From Candidatus Methanophagaceae archaeon (GTDB lineage: Archaea; Halobacteriota; Syntropharchaeia; Alkanophagales; Methanospirareceae), in the NCBI GenBank assembly GCA_003194425.1, contig PQXB01000001.1, forward strand, positions 610,444-642,443: a stretch of DNA of 32,000 bases. The letters run 5' to 3'. The notes beneath the pieces were generated by a model. It worked only from the letters and a program-made list of their open reading frames with translations. It had not been told where the DNA came from and made no database searches. Below are positions 23,488 to 31,374 of this stretch, one piece after another (the first letter of the stretch is position 1; each line of letters starts with the position of its first letter). Both the position numbers and the translations under genes were made by a program.

Positions 23488-23856
23488 ATGAGTAAAATAT
23501 ATGTAAAGTTCGAAGTGCCAGAGGAATTGCAAAAGAAGGCGTTAGAAGCGTTGGATTTAGCGAAGAGCACGGGTAGCGTGAAGAAGGGGACGAACGAGAC
23601 AACAAAAATCGTGGAGCGTGGAATGGCGAAGTTGGTGCTTGTTGCCAGCGACATCAGTCCTGAGGAGATTGTGATGCACATTCCGCCACTCTGCGAGGAG
23701 AAAGGGGCGGCTTATGTTTTTGTGAGCAGCCAGAAGGATTTGGGCGCGGCGTGCGGAATAAAAAAGGGCTGCGCCTCTGCCGCCATCGTGGAGCCGGGAA
23801 AAGCCGAAAGTGCGATCGAGGAGATTGTGAAGGAGTTAGAGAAAATAAAAGTGTAG
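23488..23856 (+). CDS. rpl7ae: Ribosomal protein L7Ae
   Basis: ..[48 protein letters not shown].. GAGGAG lies upstream. Confidence 0.95.
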   Translation: MSKIYVKFEVPEELQKKALEALDLAKSTGSVKKGTNETTKIVERGMAKLVLVASDISPEEIVMHIPPLCEEKGAAYVFVSSQKDLGAACGIKKGCASAAIVEPGKAESAIEEIVKELEKIKV

Positions 23857-23863
23857 AAACAAC

Positions 23864-23946
23864 GGGAAGGAAAAGAAAAGAAAAAGAAGGAAAAGGAAAG
23901 AGAAAGAAGGGAAAAAAGAGGAAGGAAAAGAAGGGAAGGGAAAAAA
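23864..23946 (+). repeat. 83-nt uninterrupted polypurine (A/G only) tract filling the rpl7ae-rps28e spacer
   Basis: Read base by base: no C or T from 23864 to the A of the rps28e ATG at 23946. Confidence 0.95.
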
Positions 23947-24161
23947 TGAGCGAAGAGAGGGGGACGCCCGCAGAGGTGGTTGAAATTGTGGGCAGGACAG
24001 GAATGCACGGCGAATCAACGCAGATAAAATGCAAACTTCTGGCGGGGCAGAATCGAGGACGTGTTATAACTCGGAATTGCAGAGGTCCTGTAAAGACTGG
24101 CGATGTAATTGTGCTGCTGGAGACGGCGAGGGAAGTGAGGAAATTAATGAGGCGGAGGTGA
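23946..24161 (+). CDS. rps28e: Ribosomal protein S28e
   Basis: MSEERGTPAEVVEIVGRTGMHGESTQIKCKLLAGQNRGRVITRNCRGPVKTGDVIVLLETAREVRKL. The track start at 23751 is rejected because it reads through the polypurine tract. Confidence 0.9.
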   Translation: MSEERGTPAEVVEIVGRTGMHGESTQIKCKLLAGQNRGRVITRNCRGPVKTGDVIVLLETAREVRKLMRRR

Positions 24162-24221
24162 AGAGGGGGTAAGGAAGAGGTAAAGCAGGGGCAAGGAAAG
24201 GACAAAAGAGAGGACAAAAAA

Positions 24222-24422
24222 ATGGGAAAGAAATGCTCGTTTTGTGAGTCGCAGATTGAGCCTGGAACGGGGAAGATGTTTGTGAGGCGGGACGGGACGG
24301 TCTTTTATTTCTGCAGTTCCAAGTGCGAGCGGAATATGATAAAGCTAGGTAGGAAGAGAAGGAAGGTGAAGTGGGCAGCGAGCGAGGGTGTTGGTGCAGG
24401 TGCAGGAGGGGGTGCAAAATAG
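24222..24422 (+). CDS. rpl24e: Ribosomal protein L24e
   Basis: [51 protein letters not shown]. Confidence 0.9.
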   Translation: MGKKCSFCESQIEPGTGKMFVRRDGTVFYFCSSKCERNMIKLGRKRRKVKWAASEGVGAGAGGGAK

Positions 24423-24428
24423 AAAATA

Positions 24429-24836
24429 ATGGTAAAAGAGCGAACATTTTTGATGATTAAACCGGAGGGAGTGGAGCAGGGGCTTGTCGGCGAGATAATC
24501 GGCAGATTTGAGCGGCGGGGCTTTCGGGTGGTTGCACTCAAACTCTCAACGCTGGGCAGGGAGTTGGCGGAGAAGCAGTACGAGGAGCATCGCGGAAAGG
24601 AGTTCTTTGAGGACTTGGTTGCTTACATTTGCTCTGCTCCGACGGTTTCGGTGGTCGTTGAAGGAGAGAACGCGGTTGCGACGGCGAGGGAAATGGTGGG
24701 TGCTACGGACCCGAAACTTGCAGCCCCGGGAACCGTGCGCGGCGACTACGGGTTGGACGTGCAGCGAAACACGATTCACGCCTCGGACTCAGAAGCGTCG
24801 GCGAAGCGCGAAATTTCTCTGCATTTCGGATTATGA
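24429..24836 (+). CDS. ndk: Nucleoside diphosphate kinase
   Basis: [12 protein letters not shown].., ..[18 protein letters not shown].., NTIHASDS (catalytic His). Confidence 0.95.
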   Translation: MVKERTFLMIKPEGVEQGLVGEIIGRFERRGFRVVALKLSTLGRELAEKQYEEHRGKEFFEDLVAYICSAPTVSVVVEGENAVATAREMVGATDPKLAAPGTVRGDYGLDVQRNTIHASDSEASAKREISLHFGL

Positions 24837-26554
24837 AAAAAAAATCTCTGTTGGTTGTTTTACTGCTGCTGGTGGCGGTGCTGGTGGCGACACTGCAGGC
24901 GCAGACAGCGGGAGCGAGCTACTCCTTCGACGGCACGCCTTACGCAGACAAGTTGGACTTGGTGGCTCACGGGAATTTTAACGGCGGCGTCTACGTCGGC
25001 GAGAGCCACAAACTCGCAGACCCTCCTTTTACGCAAACCTTCGCAGTGCCTGAAAATGTCAGGGTCAAGTGGGCGAGGCTGTACGTGGGCGTTTGGGGCG
25101 GCACAGAGCGGTACGAGGGCTGGGTGCAGACGACTCTCAACGGGCAGGACCTCGGTAAGACGGCTCTCCGCGGCGTAAACGACGAGAACCCGAATGTTTA
25201 CTGCTCGGGACACGGCGTCTACTGGGTCTTCTACGACGGAGTAGCAAAAAAAGTAAAGGCAGGGCTTAACACCGCCACCGCGACCACAAGTAGGGGCGAA
25301 CGCGGAAACCAACTCGACGGCAGAATTTACAGCATTATTCTCGTGGCAGTCTACGAAAACGGAGACGGGGGTGCGAACGCAAAAGCACCCGAGATTTCGT
25401 TCTGGGTCGCAGACGGGAACGCGAACCTGCACGGTCAGGGCTGGACAGGAAAGTTAGCCACGACAAACGACTTCGCTTCGGTGCAGTTTGACGGTTCGGT
25501 TGAGCCTGCGAACGTGGCGGCTGCGAACCTTACGGTCGTCTACCTCGCTGGCAACCCCGGCGAACCCGACTACCTGGAATTCAACGGGCAGGACCTCGGC
25601 GGCGGGGAAGAGGTGGCGAACTGCGGGGACGGCGAGACCTACGGAATTGACCTCAAGACCTTTGAAGTTACAAAATTTCTGCAGGCGACGGAGAACCGCC
25701 TTCTTTTCCTACGCGGAAAGGACACTAACCACGACGGCAAAATAGACACGGACGACGAGGGACAGCAGGAGGGCGAGCACTACCTCCACCCTGTCCTTGC
25801 AGTCCTCGTTGCACGGCACGAGAGCACCGAGAAAGTCTTGCCTGACCTCTCGGTTCGGCTTGAGCAGGAGGGAGAAGAGGGGCAGGAGAGAGAAGAGAGA
25901 GGAAACCTGACCGAGGGCGAGAACACGCTCACCGCAGTCGTAACAAACTACGGCAGGTCTTTTGAGGGCGATTTTCTGCTGAAAGTCTCTGCAGACGAGT
26001 CAGAAATTTACTCGCAGGTTCTTCAAATGGACTACAGCGGCATTAAAAAACAGCCGCTGCGCTGGAACGCGACGCACGGCACGCACACCCTCAAAGCAGA
26101 GGTCACAGCCGACTCTGGAGGGAAGAGCGAAGTGCAGCGGGAATTTTTTGTTCTGAGTAGCTCTGACCTCTCTGTTCGGATTTTAACGCCCGTGCCTGCG
26201 AAAGGGGGAGAAGCAGAGGAAAAGGCAGAGAAGACCCTCAAGACCCAGCTCTTACAGCGGTTGCTCGATTTCTTGCTCGGCAAGAGTGAGCAGGCAGAAG
26301 CCGAGTCGGAGTTGGTAAAATATTCGGTTCCAGTGGAGGTAAAGAACGAAGGAGAAGCGGCAGCACGGAACTTCAAACTCGCTCTTTACTTGGACGGCGA
26401 GAAGACCAAGACCAAAAAGATTGAGTGGTTAGAAGGCGGCGAGTCGGCTACTGAAGAGTTCTCAATTGTGGTGGCGGAAGGTAAGCACCACGTTCGTGCA
26501 GTGGTAGACGAGGAGGGGAGGGTTAAAGAAAATGAAATCTCGTTCGATTTTTAG
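24833..26554 (+). CDS. Secreted protein of unknown function (DUF3344-like N-domain) with two C-terminal CARDB-like domains
   Basis: Signal peptide is [28 protein letters not shown]. The ..[13 protein letters not shown].. motif resembles archaeal DUF3344 (name from memory). CARDB-like segments include ..[20 protein letters not shown].. and ..[24 protein letters not shown]... The ATG overlaps the ndk stop (ATGA). Confidence 0.8.
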   Translation: MKKKSLLVVLLLLVAVLVATLQAQTAGASYSFDGTPYADKLDLVAHGNFNGGVYVGESHKLADPPFTQTFAVPENVRVKWARLYVGVWGGTERYEGWVQTTLNGQDLGKTALRGVNDENPNVYCSGHGVYWVFYDGVAKKVKAGLNTATATTSRGERGNQLDGRIYSIILVAVYENGDGGANAKAPEISFWVADGNANLHGQGWTGKLATTNDFASVQFDGSVEPANVAAANLTVVYLAGNPGEPDYLEFNGQDLGGGEEVANCGDGETYGIDLKTFEVTKFLQATENRLLFLRGKDTNHDGKIDTDDEGQQEGEHYLHPVLAVLVARHESTEKVLPDLSVRLEQEGEEGQEREERGNLTEGENTLTAVVTNYGRSFEGDFLLKVSADESEIYSQVLQMDYSGIKKQPLRWNATHGTHTLKAEVTADSGGKSEVQREFFVLSSSDLSVRILTPVPAKGGEAEEKAEKTLKTQLLQRLLDFLLGKSEQAEAESELVKYSVPVEVKNEGEAAARNFKLALYLDGEKTKTKKIEWLEGGESATEEFSIVVAEGKHHVRAVVDEEGRVKENEISFDF

Positions 26555-27632
26555 CGGCTTTGTTTTTGCACTAATTCTCGCAGTCACAGCGTCGGTGGCA
26601 GTAGTAGTAGCAGTGGCAGTAGCAGTGGCAGGGGCTTCGTACGCAGGCGACAAACCGCTTGCTACTGTCTCGCACGGCGAAGTTTGCGGCGGCGTCTTCT
26701 TTACTCTCGGCGACAGCAAGTACAGCGGGCGAATGAATTTCAACGACTCCTACACCGTCAATTTTGAAACCAGCACGCTGGGGAGTGAAGGAGGGAAGGA
26801 AGGAGGGAAGGAAGGAGGGAAGGAGGGAGGTAAAAAAGTGAAATTAGCACGGCTCTACGTTTACTGGGTCTGGAGCCAGAACGAGAATGTAGGCGTCTAC
26901 CCAAAAATGCAGGTGCTGGCTTCGGCAGGGAAGCGAGGGAAGGCACTGAATTTGGATTTGGACGCGACTTACACAGACACCAAAGGGTTCGTCGGAAAAT
27001 ACGACTACTTCTCGGGCGTTAACGTTTACAACTGCGACCTAAACCTAAACACGACGAGTCTGAATGTTGTGGTAAAAAATGAGGACGCGAACGGAAGCAC
27101 TTTCTGCGTGCAGGGAGTCGGGCTGCTGGTGGTTTACGAGTGTCAGGGGGGAGAGGGAGGAGGGGAGGTCTGTGGCGGTCCGAACTGTCAGAGAATTGAG
27201 TACTGGGTGAACGAGGGCTGCGACATGATTTTCGCGGAGTACGGAATTACACCAGAAATGGCGACCACCAAGATTTATTTTGACGGTGAGTTGGACTTGA
27301 AGGAGGTGAAGCAGGCGTTCCTAACGACAGTCGTCCCCTCGGGCGGTTACATCTCTGGCGGGGCGACTTCGCACAACCGACTTTACTTCAACGACGAAGA
27401 GGGCTGGCTCAGCAGCCTGCCACTCTTAAAACAGCTGCTCAGGCTCTTGCTCGGCTACGGCGGCGGGGCTTGGAGCGACGTTTACCACTCGGACAACACC
27501 GTCCAAATTGGGCTTGACCAGCGTGAGGTTACCGACTACCTAAAAGTCTCGAACAACTTCGCCGCGGTTCAGGACAACCGCGATTATATGATGGTAACGA
27601 ATGCGGTGTTGGTTGTGGAGAAAGTTGTTTAG
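26532..27632 (+). CDS. Secreted/anchored paralogue of the preceding protein (DUF3344-like)
   Basis: N-terminal hydrophobic segment is ..FVFALILAVTASVAVVVAVAVAVAGASY. It shares motifs with its neighbour: GASY, VKLARLYVYWVW vs [20 protein letters not shown] vs ILVAVYEN, and IEYWVNEG vs ISFWVADG. The start lies 23 nt inside the upstream ORF, after GAGGGGAGGG. Confidence 0.8.
   Translation: MKSRSIFSGFVFALILAVTASVAVVVAVAVAVAGASYAGDKPLATVSHGEVCGGVFFTLGDSKYSGRMNFNDSYTVNFETSTLGSEGGKEGGKEGGKEGGKKVKLARLYVYWVWSQNENVGVYPKMQVLASAGKRGKALNLDLDATYTDTKGFVGKYDYFSGVNVYNCDLNLNTTSLNVVVKNEDANGSTFCVQGVGLLVVYECQGGEGGGEVCGGPNCQRIEYWVNEGCDMIFAEYGITPEMATTKIYFDGELDLKEVKQAFLTTVVPSGGYISGGATSHNRLYFNDEEGWLSSLPLLKQLLRLLLGYGGGAWSDVYHSDNTVQIGLDQREVTDYLKVSNNFAAVQDNRDYMMVTNAVLVVEKVV
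26787..26834 (+). repeat. 12-bp tandem repeat x4 (gaaggagggaag) encoding (EGGK)4
   Basis: Three perfect copies at 26787-26822 and a variant at 26823-26834. Confidence 0.9.
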
Positions 27633-27648
27633 ATTAAGAAAGGAGAAT

Positions 27649-29043
27649 ATGCTAAAAAAAGAAAATAGTCTGGTCTTCGGTGGCGTGAATGTGTTAGAAC
27701 TGGTGGAGCGGTACGGCACGCCTCTTTATGTCACCGACGAGAGAAAGTTGAGAGCGAATTTTAGGGGCTACAAAACCGCTTTTGAGACCGCCGAGACTGA
27801 GATTTACTACGCTGTGAAGGCGAACGGGAATCTTGCGATTCTGCGAATTTTGGCGAGCGAGGGTGCGGGCGCGGACGTCTTCTCGGTCGGCGAACTCCAG
27901 CTCACGAAATTGGCGGGCGTGCCTGCGGAGAAGGTGCTGTTCAACGGTAACTCGAAGAGCGAGTCGGACTTGAGAGCTGCGGTTGAGGCGGGCGTGAAGG
28001 TGTCTGTGGATTCGGTAGACGAGTTGCGGGCTTTGTCAAGGGTGGCGAGCGAAGAGGGGGAGGGGCGAGAGAAGGACGAAGAGGGGCGAGAGAAGGACGA
28101 AGAGGGGCGAGAGAAGGACGAAGTAGGACAAGAGAGGGGGGTGGAGGTTGCGGTGCGTGTGAACCCAGACGTCTCGCCGGAGGTGCATCCAAAAATAGCG
28201 ACAGGTCTTAAGACCTCGAAGTTCGGAGTTCCGTTCTACGAGGCGGTCTCGGTCTGCGAGGAGGCGAGGAGGCTGCCCGGGATTTCGCTTGCAGGAATTC
28301 ACTGCCACATCGGCTCGCAAATTCTTGATGTGAGCGTCTTCCGAGAGGCGGCGGAAAAGATGCTGACACTCGTTGCAGGACTGCACGAACGCGGAATTGA
28401 ACTCAAATTCGTGGACCTCGGCGGCGGGCTTGGAATTTCACACCGGCACGAGGAAGGAGAGGTAGCACCCACGCCGAGAGACCTTGCAGGAGCGATTTTG
28501 CCGGTCTTTGAGAAAACAAATTTGAAACTCATTCTTGAGCCTGGCAGGTCGCTCGTGGGTGCGACTACAATTCTGCTGAGCAGGGTCAACGCAGTCAAGC
28601 GAGCCTACAAAAATTTCGTGGCGATCGACGCAGGGTTTAATTTGTTTATGCGACCTGTGCTGTACGACGCCTACCACGAGGTTGTGGTCGCGAACAAGGT
28701 AAACGAGCGTCGAGGTTTGGGTGGTTCGGAGGGTGGTTCGGAGGGTGGTTCGAAGGGTGGTTCGGAGGGTGGTTCGGAGTCCGAGATTTACACGGTGGTT
28801 GGGCCTGTCTGCGAGTCGGGAGACATAATTGCGAGGGACAGGAGGCTTCCGAAAGTGGAGCGGGGGGATTTGGTTGCGATTTTGGACGCAGGTGCTTACG
28901 GGTTCTCGATGAGTTCGCAGTACAACGGCAGACCGCGGTGTGCAGAAGTGCTGGTCTGCGACGGAGAGGCGGATTTGACAAGGTCGCGGGAGAGCGTTGA
29001 GGATTTGGTAAGGCGTCAGGAGATTCCCGCGAGGCTGTTGTGA
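27649..29043 (+). CDS. lysA: Diaminopimelate decarboxylase
   Basis: ..YGTPLYVTDE.., YAVKANGNLAILR (PLP Lys), ..HCHIGSQI.., ..EPGRSLVG.., ..GPVCESGD.., ..GAYGFSMSSQYNGRP... ATG 27649 follows AGGAG (27641-27645). The track start at 27601 is rejected. Confidence 0.9.
   Translation: MLKKENSLVFGGVNVLELVERYGTPLYVTDERKLRANFRGYKTAFETAETEIYYAVKANGNLAILRILASEGAGADVFSVGELQLTKLAGVPAEKVLFNGNSKSESDLRAAVEAGVKVSVDSVDELRALSRVASEEGEGREKDEEGREKDEEGREKDEVGQERGVEVAVRVNPDVSPEVHPKIATGLKTSKFGVPFYEAVSVCEEARRLPGISLAGIHCHIGSQILDVSVFREAAEKMLTLVAGLHERGIELKFVDLGGGLGISHRHEEGEVAPTPRDLAGAILPVFEKTNLKLILEPGRSLVGATTILLSRVNAVKRAYKNFVAIDAGFNLFMRPVLYDAYHEVVVANKVNERRGLGGSEGGSEGGSKGGSEGGSESEIYTVVGPVCESGDIIARDRRLPKVERGDLVAILDAGAYGFSMSSQYNGRPRCAEVLVCDGEADLTRSRESVEDLVRRQEIPARLL
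28060..28122 (+). repeat. Perfect 21-bp tandem repeat x3 (gaggggcgagagaaggacgaa) encoding (EGREKDE)3 inside lysA
   Basis: Copies at 28060-28080, 28081-28101 and 28102-28122. Confidence 0.95.
28720..28779 (+). repeat. 12-bp tandem repeat x5 (ggtggttcggag, one copy with a G>A change) encoding (GGSE)5 inside lysA
   Basis: Copies at 28720, 28732, 28744 (variant), 28756 and 28768. Confidence 0.95.
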
Positions 29044-29078
29044 CTTTTATTTATTCAAAAACGCCCTATTTTAACGAG

Positions 29079-30647
29079 ATGAAAATGAGAACGAGGTCGT
29101 TGTGTCCGGAGTGTCTCGAAGTAGTAGACGCCGAAGTTTACGAAGCAGAGAGCGAGGGCAGGAGCAAAATACTGATAAAAAAGCGGTGCGAGAAGCACGG
29201 CGAGTTTGAGGACGTTTACTGGTCTGACGCAGAGTTGTACCGCAAATTCGCGAAGTGGCGGTACGAGGGCAACGGTGCAGGACTCACGCTCACGAAGACG
29301 ACGGAGAATGGCTGCCCCTTTGACTGCGGTCTCTGCCCGGAGCACAAGAGTTCGACGATGCTCGCGATCATTGACCTCACGAACAGGTGCAACCAGCGCT
29401 GCCCGACCTGTTTTGCGAACGCCGCGGCTGCAGGCTACCTCTACGAGCCGACGGTTCCGCAGTTGCGTGAAATGATGGAACTGCTGCGGAGCGAGACGCC
29501 ACCCTGTCCTGCGGTTCAGTTTGCGGGCGGCGAGCCGACGATTCGGGAGGGGTTTGTGGAGATTGTGCGGCTGGCACGAGAGGTAGGGTTCGCACACGTT
29601 CAAGTCGCGACGAACGGAATTGCGTTGGCGAAGAGCGAGCAGTTCTGCCGCCGCCTGCGAGAAGCTGGGCTGCACACGGTTTATTTGCAGTTCGACGGCG
29701 TTACCGAGGAGCCGTACCGGGTGCTGCGTGGAATTCCAGCGTTGAAGACGAAGTTGCGGGCGATTGAGAACTGCAGGCGGGGCGGGCTAAATAGTGTTGT
29801 GCTTGTTCCGACGCTTGTGCGGGGCGTGAACGACGGTCAGGTTGGGGATTTGGTGCGGTTTGCGGCGAAGAACTTGGATGCTGTGAAGGGCGTGAACGTG
29901 CAGCCTGTCGCGTTTGAGGGCAGGGTCGAGGCGGGCGAGAGGAAGGAGCGGCGAATTACAATTCCTGATTTTATAAACCTGCTGGAAGAGCAGACAGGCG
30001 GCGAAATTCCGCGTGAGAGCTTCTACCCCGTCCCTTTCGTTGTTCCTGTCTCGCGTTTTGTGGAGGCGTGGAAGGGCGTGCCGCAGTTGGAACTCTCGGT
30101 TCACCCGCACTGCGGTGCAGCGACTTACGTCTTCGTTGAGGACGGGCGGTTCAAGCCGATAACCGAGTTCCTGGATGTTGAGGGTTTTATGGAATTCCTG
30201 AAAGAAAGAGCGGACGAGATGAGCAGCAGCGGGTCGAAGGTGAGCAAATCAGGAGTGGACAAATCAAGAGTGGACAAATCAAGAGTGGACAAATCAAGAG
30301 AGGGCAAATCAAGAGTGGGTAAAATAAAAGCAGTGGCAGGGCTGGTCTCGGCGTTAAGGAAATTTGTGGACAAGGCGAAGATGCCAGAGGGCGTTGACCC
30401 TTTAGGTCTGCTTGCAGGTGTGCTGAAAATAGGGAGTCGGGAGGCTCTTGCAGAGTTTCACCGCAAAGCCCTCTTCATCGGTGCAATGCACTTTCAGGAC
30501 GCCTACAACTTCGACTTGGAGCGTGTCAAGCGCTGTGGAATCCACTACGCCACGCCCGACCGCCGAATAATTCCGTTCTGCTCTTACAACGCAATTCACC
30601 GACCCGCAGTGGAGAAGGCTTTTTCTGTGCCTTTAAACTTTAAATAA
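29079..30647 (+). CDS. Radical SAM enzyme with an N-terminal Cys-rich ribbon (COG1964-type; resembles the tetraether-lipid/macrocyclic-archaeol synthase Tes/GDGT-MAS family)
   Basis: SLCPECLEVV..RCEKHGEF, GCPFDCGLCPEH, and the radical SAM motif NRCNQRCPTCF (CxxxCxxC). The specific Tes assignment is from memory of the family architecture. The start is ATG 29079 or 29085. Confidence 0.7.
   Translation: MKMRTRSLCPECLEVVDAEVYEAESEGRSKILIKKRCEKHGEFEDVYWSDAELYRKFAKWRYEGNGAGLTLTKTTENGCPFDCGLCPEHKSSTMLAIIDLTNRCNQRCPTCFANAAAAGYLYEPTVPQLREMMELLRSETPPCPAVQFAGGEPTIREGFVEIVRLAREVGFAHVQVATNGIALAKSEQFCRRLREAGLHTVYLQFDGVTEEPYRVLRGIPALKTKLRAIENCRRGGLNSVVLVPTLVRGVNDGQVGDLVRFAAKNLDAVKGVNVQPVAFEGRVEAGERKERRITIPDFINLLEEQTGGEIPRESFYPVPFVVPVSRFVEAWKGVPQLELSVHPHCGAATYVFVEDGRFKPITEFLDVEGFMEFLKERADEMSSSGSKVSKSGVDKSRVDKSRVDKSREGKSRVGKIKAVAGLVSALRKFVDKAKMPEGVDPLGLLAGVLKIGSREALAEFHRKALFIGAMHFQDAYNFDLERVKRCGIHYATPDRRIIPFCSYNAIHRPAVEKAFSVPLNFK
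30244..30318 (+). repeat. 15-bp tandem repeat x5 (caaatcaagagtgga; two perfect copies and three variants) encoding (KSRVD)n in the radical SAM enzyme
   Basis: Units at 30244, 30259, 30274, 30289 and 30304. Confidence 0.9.
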
Positions 30648-30720
30648 AAGAAGAGCGAAAGTAAAAATGCCCTTTTCGAAGAGTAGCGTGACTTGGTGAA
30701 CGCGAACGGCGAACGCGACG

Positions 30721-30774
30721 ACGAACGCGAGCGACGAACCGCGAACGACGAACGCGAGCGACGAACCGCGAACG
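30721..30774 (+). repeat. Perfect 27-bp tandem repeat x2 (acgaacgcgagcgacgaaccgcgaacg), with a degenerate third copy upstream (30698-30720), in an intergenic region
   Basis: Copies at 30721-30747 and 30748-30774. Confidence 0.9.
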
Positions 30775-30813
30775 ACGGAGGATGAACGCTGCAGCAAACA
30801 AAGGGCGACAAAC

Positions 30814-30886
30814 GCCGTATTGTACGGTCCCTGCGGTACGCTTCTCTTAAAAACGGCAATGACCGTAGCGGCAACCACAATACGGC
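30814..30886 (+). other. Interrupted inverted repeat / potential stem-loop upstream of trx
   Basis: gccgtattgt-acggtc (30814-30829) pairs with gaccgt (30861-30866) and acaatacggc (30877-30886), giving 16 bp in total with a 10-nt bulge. A TATA-like aaatatttta follows at about 30888-30897. Confidence 0.5.
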
Positions 30887-30924
30887 ACAAATATTTTAGG
30901 GGCAGTTAAATACGGAGAAAAGGA

Positions 30925-31374
30925 ATGAGTGAAGAAATAGAGCGGATAAAGGAGCGGAAGATGCGGGAAATGGAAGAGGAAATGAAAGCAAGGGTAGAAG
31001 GGGAAAAGGGGAAAAAGGGACTGCGAGGGCAGAGGCAAGGGCAGGGTCCTAAAATCGACCACACGTTGACGCTGACTGACAACAGTTTTGTAGAGACGGT
31101 GCGGAAATATCCGCTGATTGTCGTGGACTGCTGGGCGCCCTGGTGCGGTCCCTGCAAAATGGTTGCACCAGTGTTAGAGGAGTTGGCGAAGGAGTACGCG
31201 GGCAGGGTGGTCTTTGGGAAGTTGAACGTGGACGAGAACCCGAGAGTGGCGACTGAATTTGGGATAATGGCGATTCCAACGCTCTTTATTTTTAAGAACG
31301 GCGAGCCTGTGGATGTCATTCAGGGAGCGTTACCGAAGCAGCATTTGGAAGCCCGCGTAAAAGAGTGGCTGTAA
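30925..31374 (+). CDS. trxA: Thioredoxin with a charged, low-complexity N-terminal extension of about 40 aa
   Basis: ..VVDCWAPWCGPCKMVAPVLEELAKEYAGRVVFGKLNVDENP..FGIMAIPTLFIFKNGE.. (the WCGPC active site). Confidence 0.9.
   Translation: MSEEIERIKERKMREMEEEMKARVEGEKGKKGLRGQRQGQGPKIDHTLTLTDNSFVETVRKYPLIVVDCWAPWCGPCKMVAPVLEELAKEYAGRVVFGKLNVDENPRVATEFGIMAIPTLFIFKNGEPVDVIQGALPKQHLEARVKEWL

Noticed and set aside
23751-23945. A long N-terminal extension of rps28e (track start 23751), and the analogous upstream starts for lysA (27601) and the radical SAM gene (29040)
   Set aside because: The extensions overlap the preceding genes or polypurine spacer and encode K/R/E-rich or nonsense sequence. Internal ATGs with SD-like motifs match the expected family N-termini.
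23654-24541. Minus-strand ORFs (187, 98, 60, 127 and 78 aa) across the ribosomal-protein cluster
   Set aside because: They are artefacts of reading the polypurine spacers as polypyrimidine (FFFSFPS..). They overlap well-supported rpl7ae, rps28e and rpl24e genes.
24508-25432. A 157-aa + ORF overlapping ndk in another frame, and a 190-aa minus-strand ORF inside the first secreted-protein gene
   Set aside because: These are Arg/Cys-rich out-of-frame shadows of high-GC coding sequence. The annotated frames carry clear family motifs.
30696-30785. A 29-codon GTG-initiated ORF (VNANGERDDERERRTANDERERRTANDGG) covering the 27-bp repeat, plus the 94-aa and 85-aa minus-strand ORFs here
   Set aside because: The composition is driven entirely by the repeat. 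There is no RBS, and the minus-strand ORFs overlap the radical SAM 3' end. Treated as non-coding.
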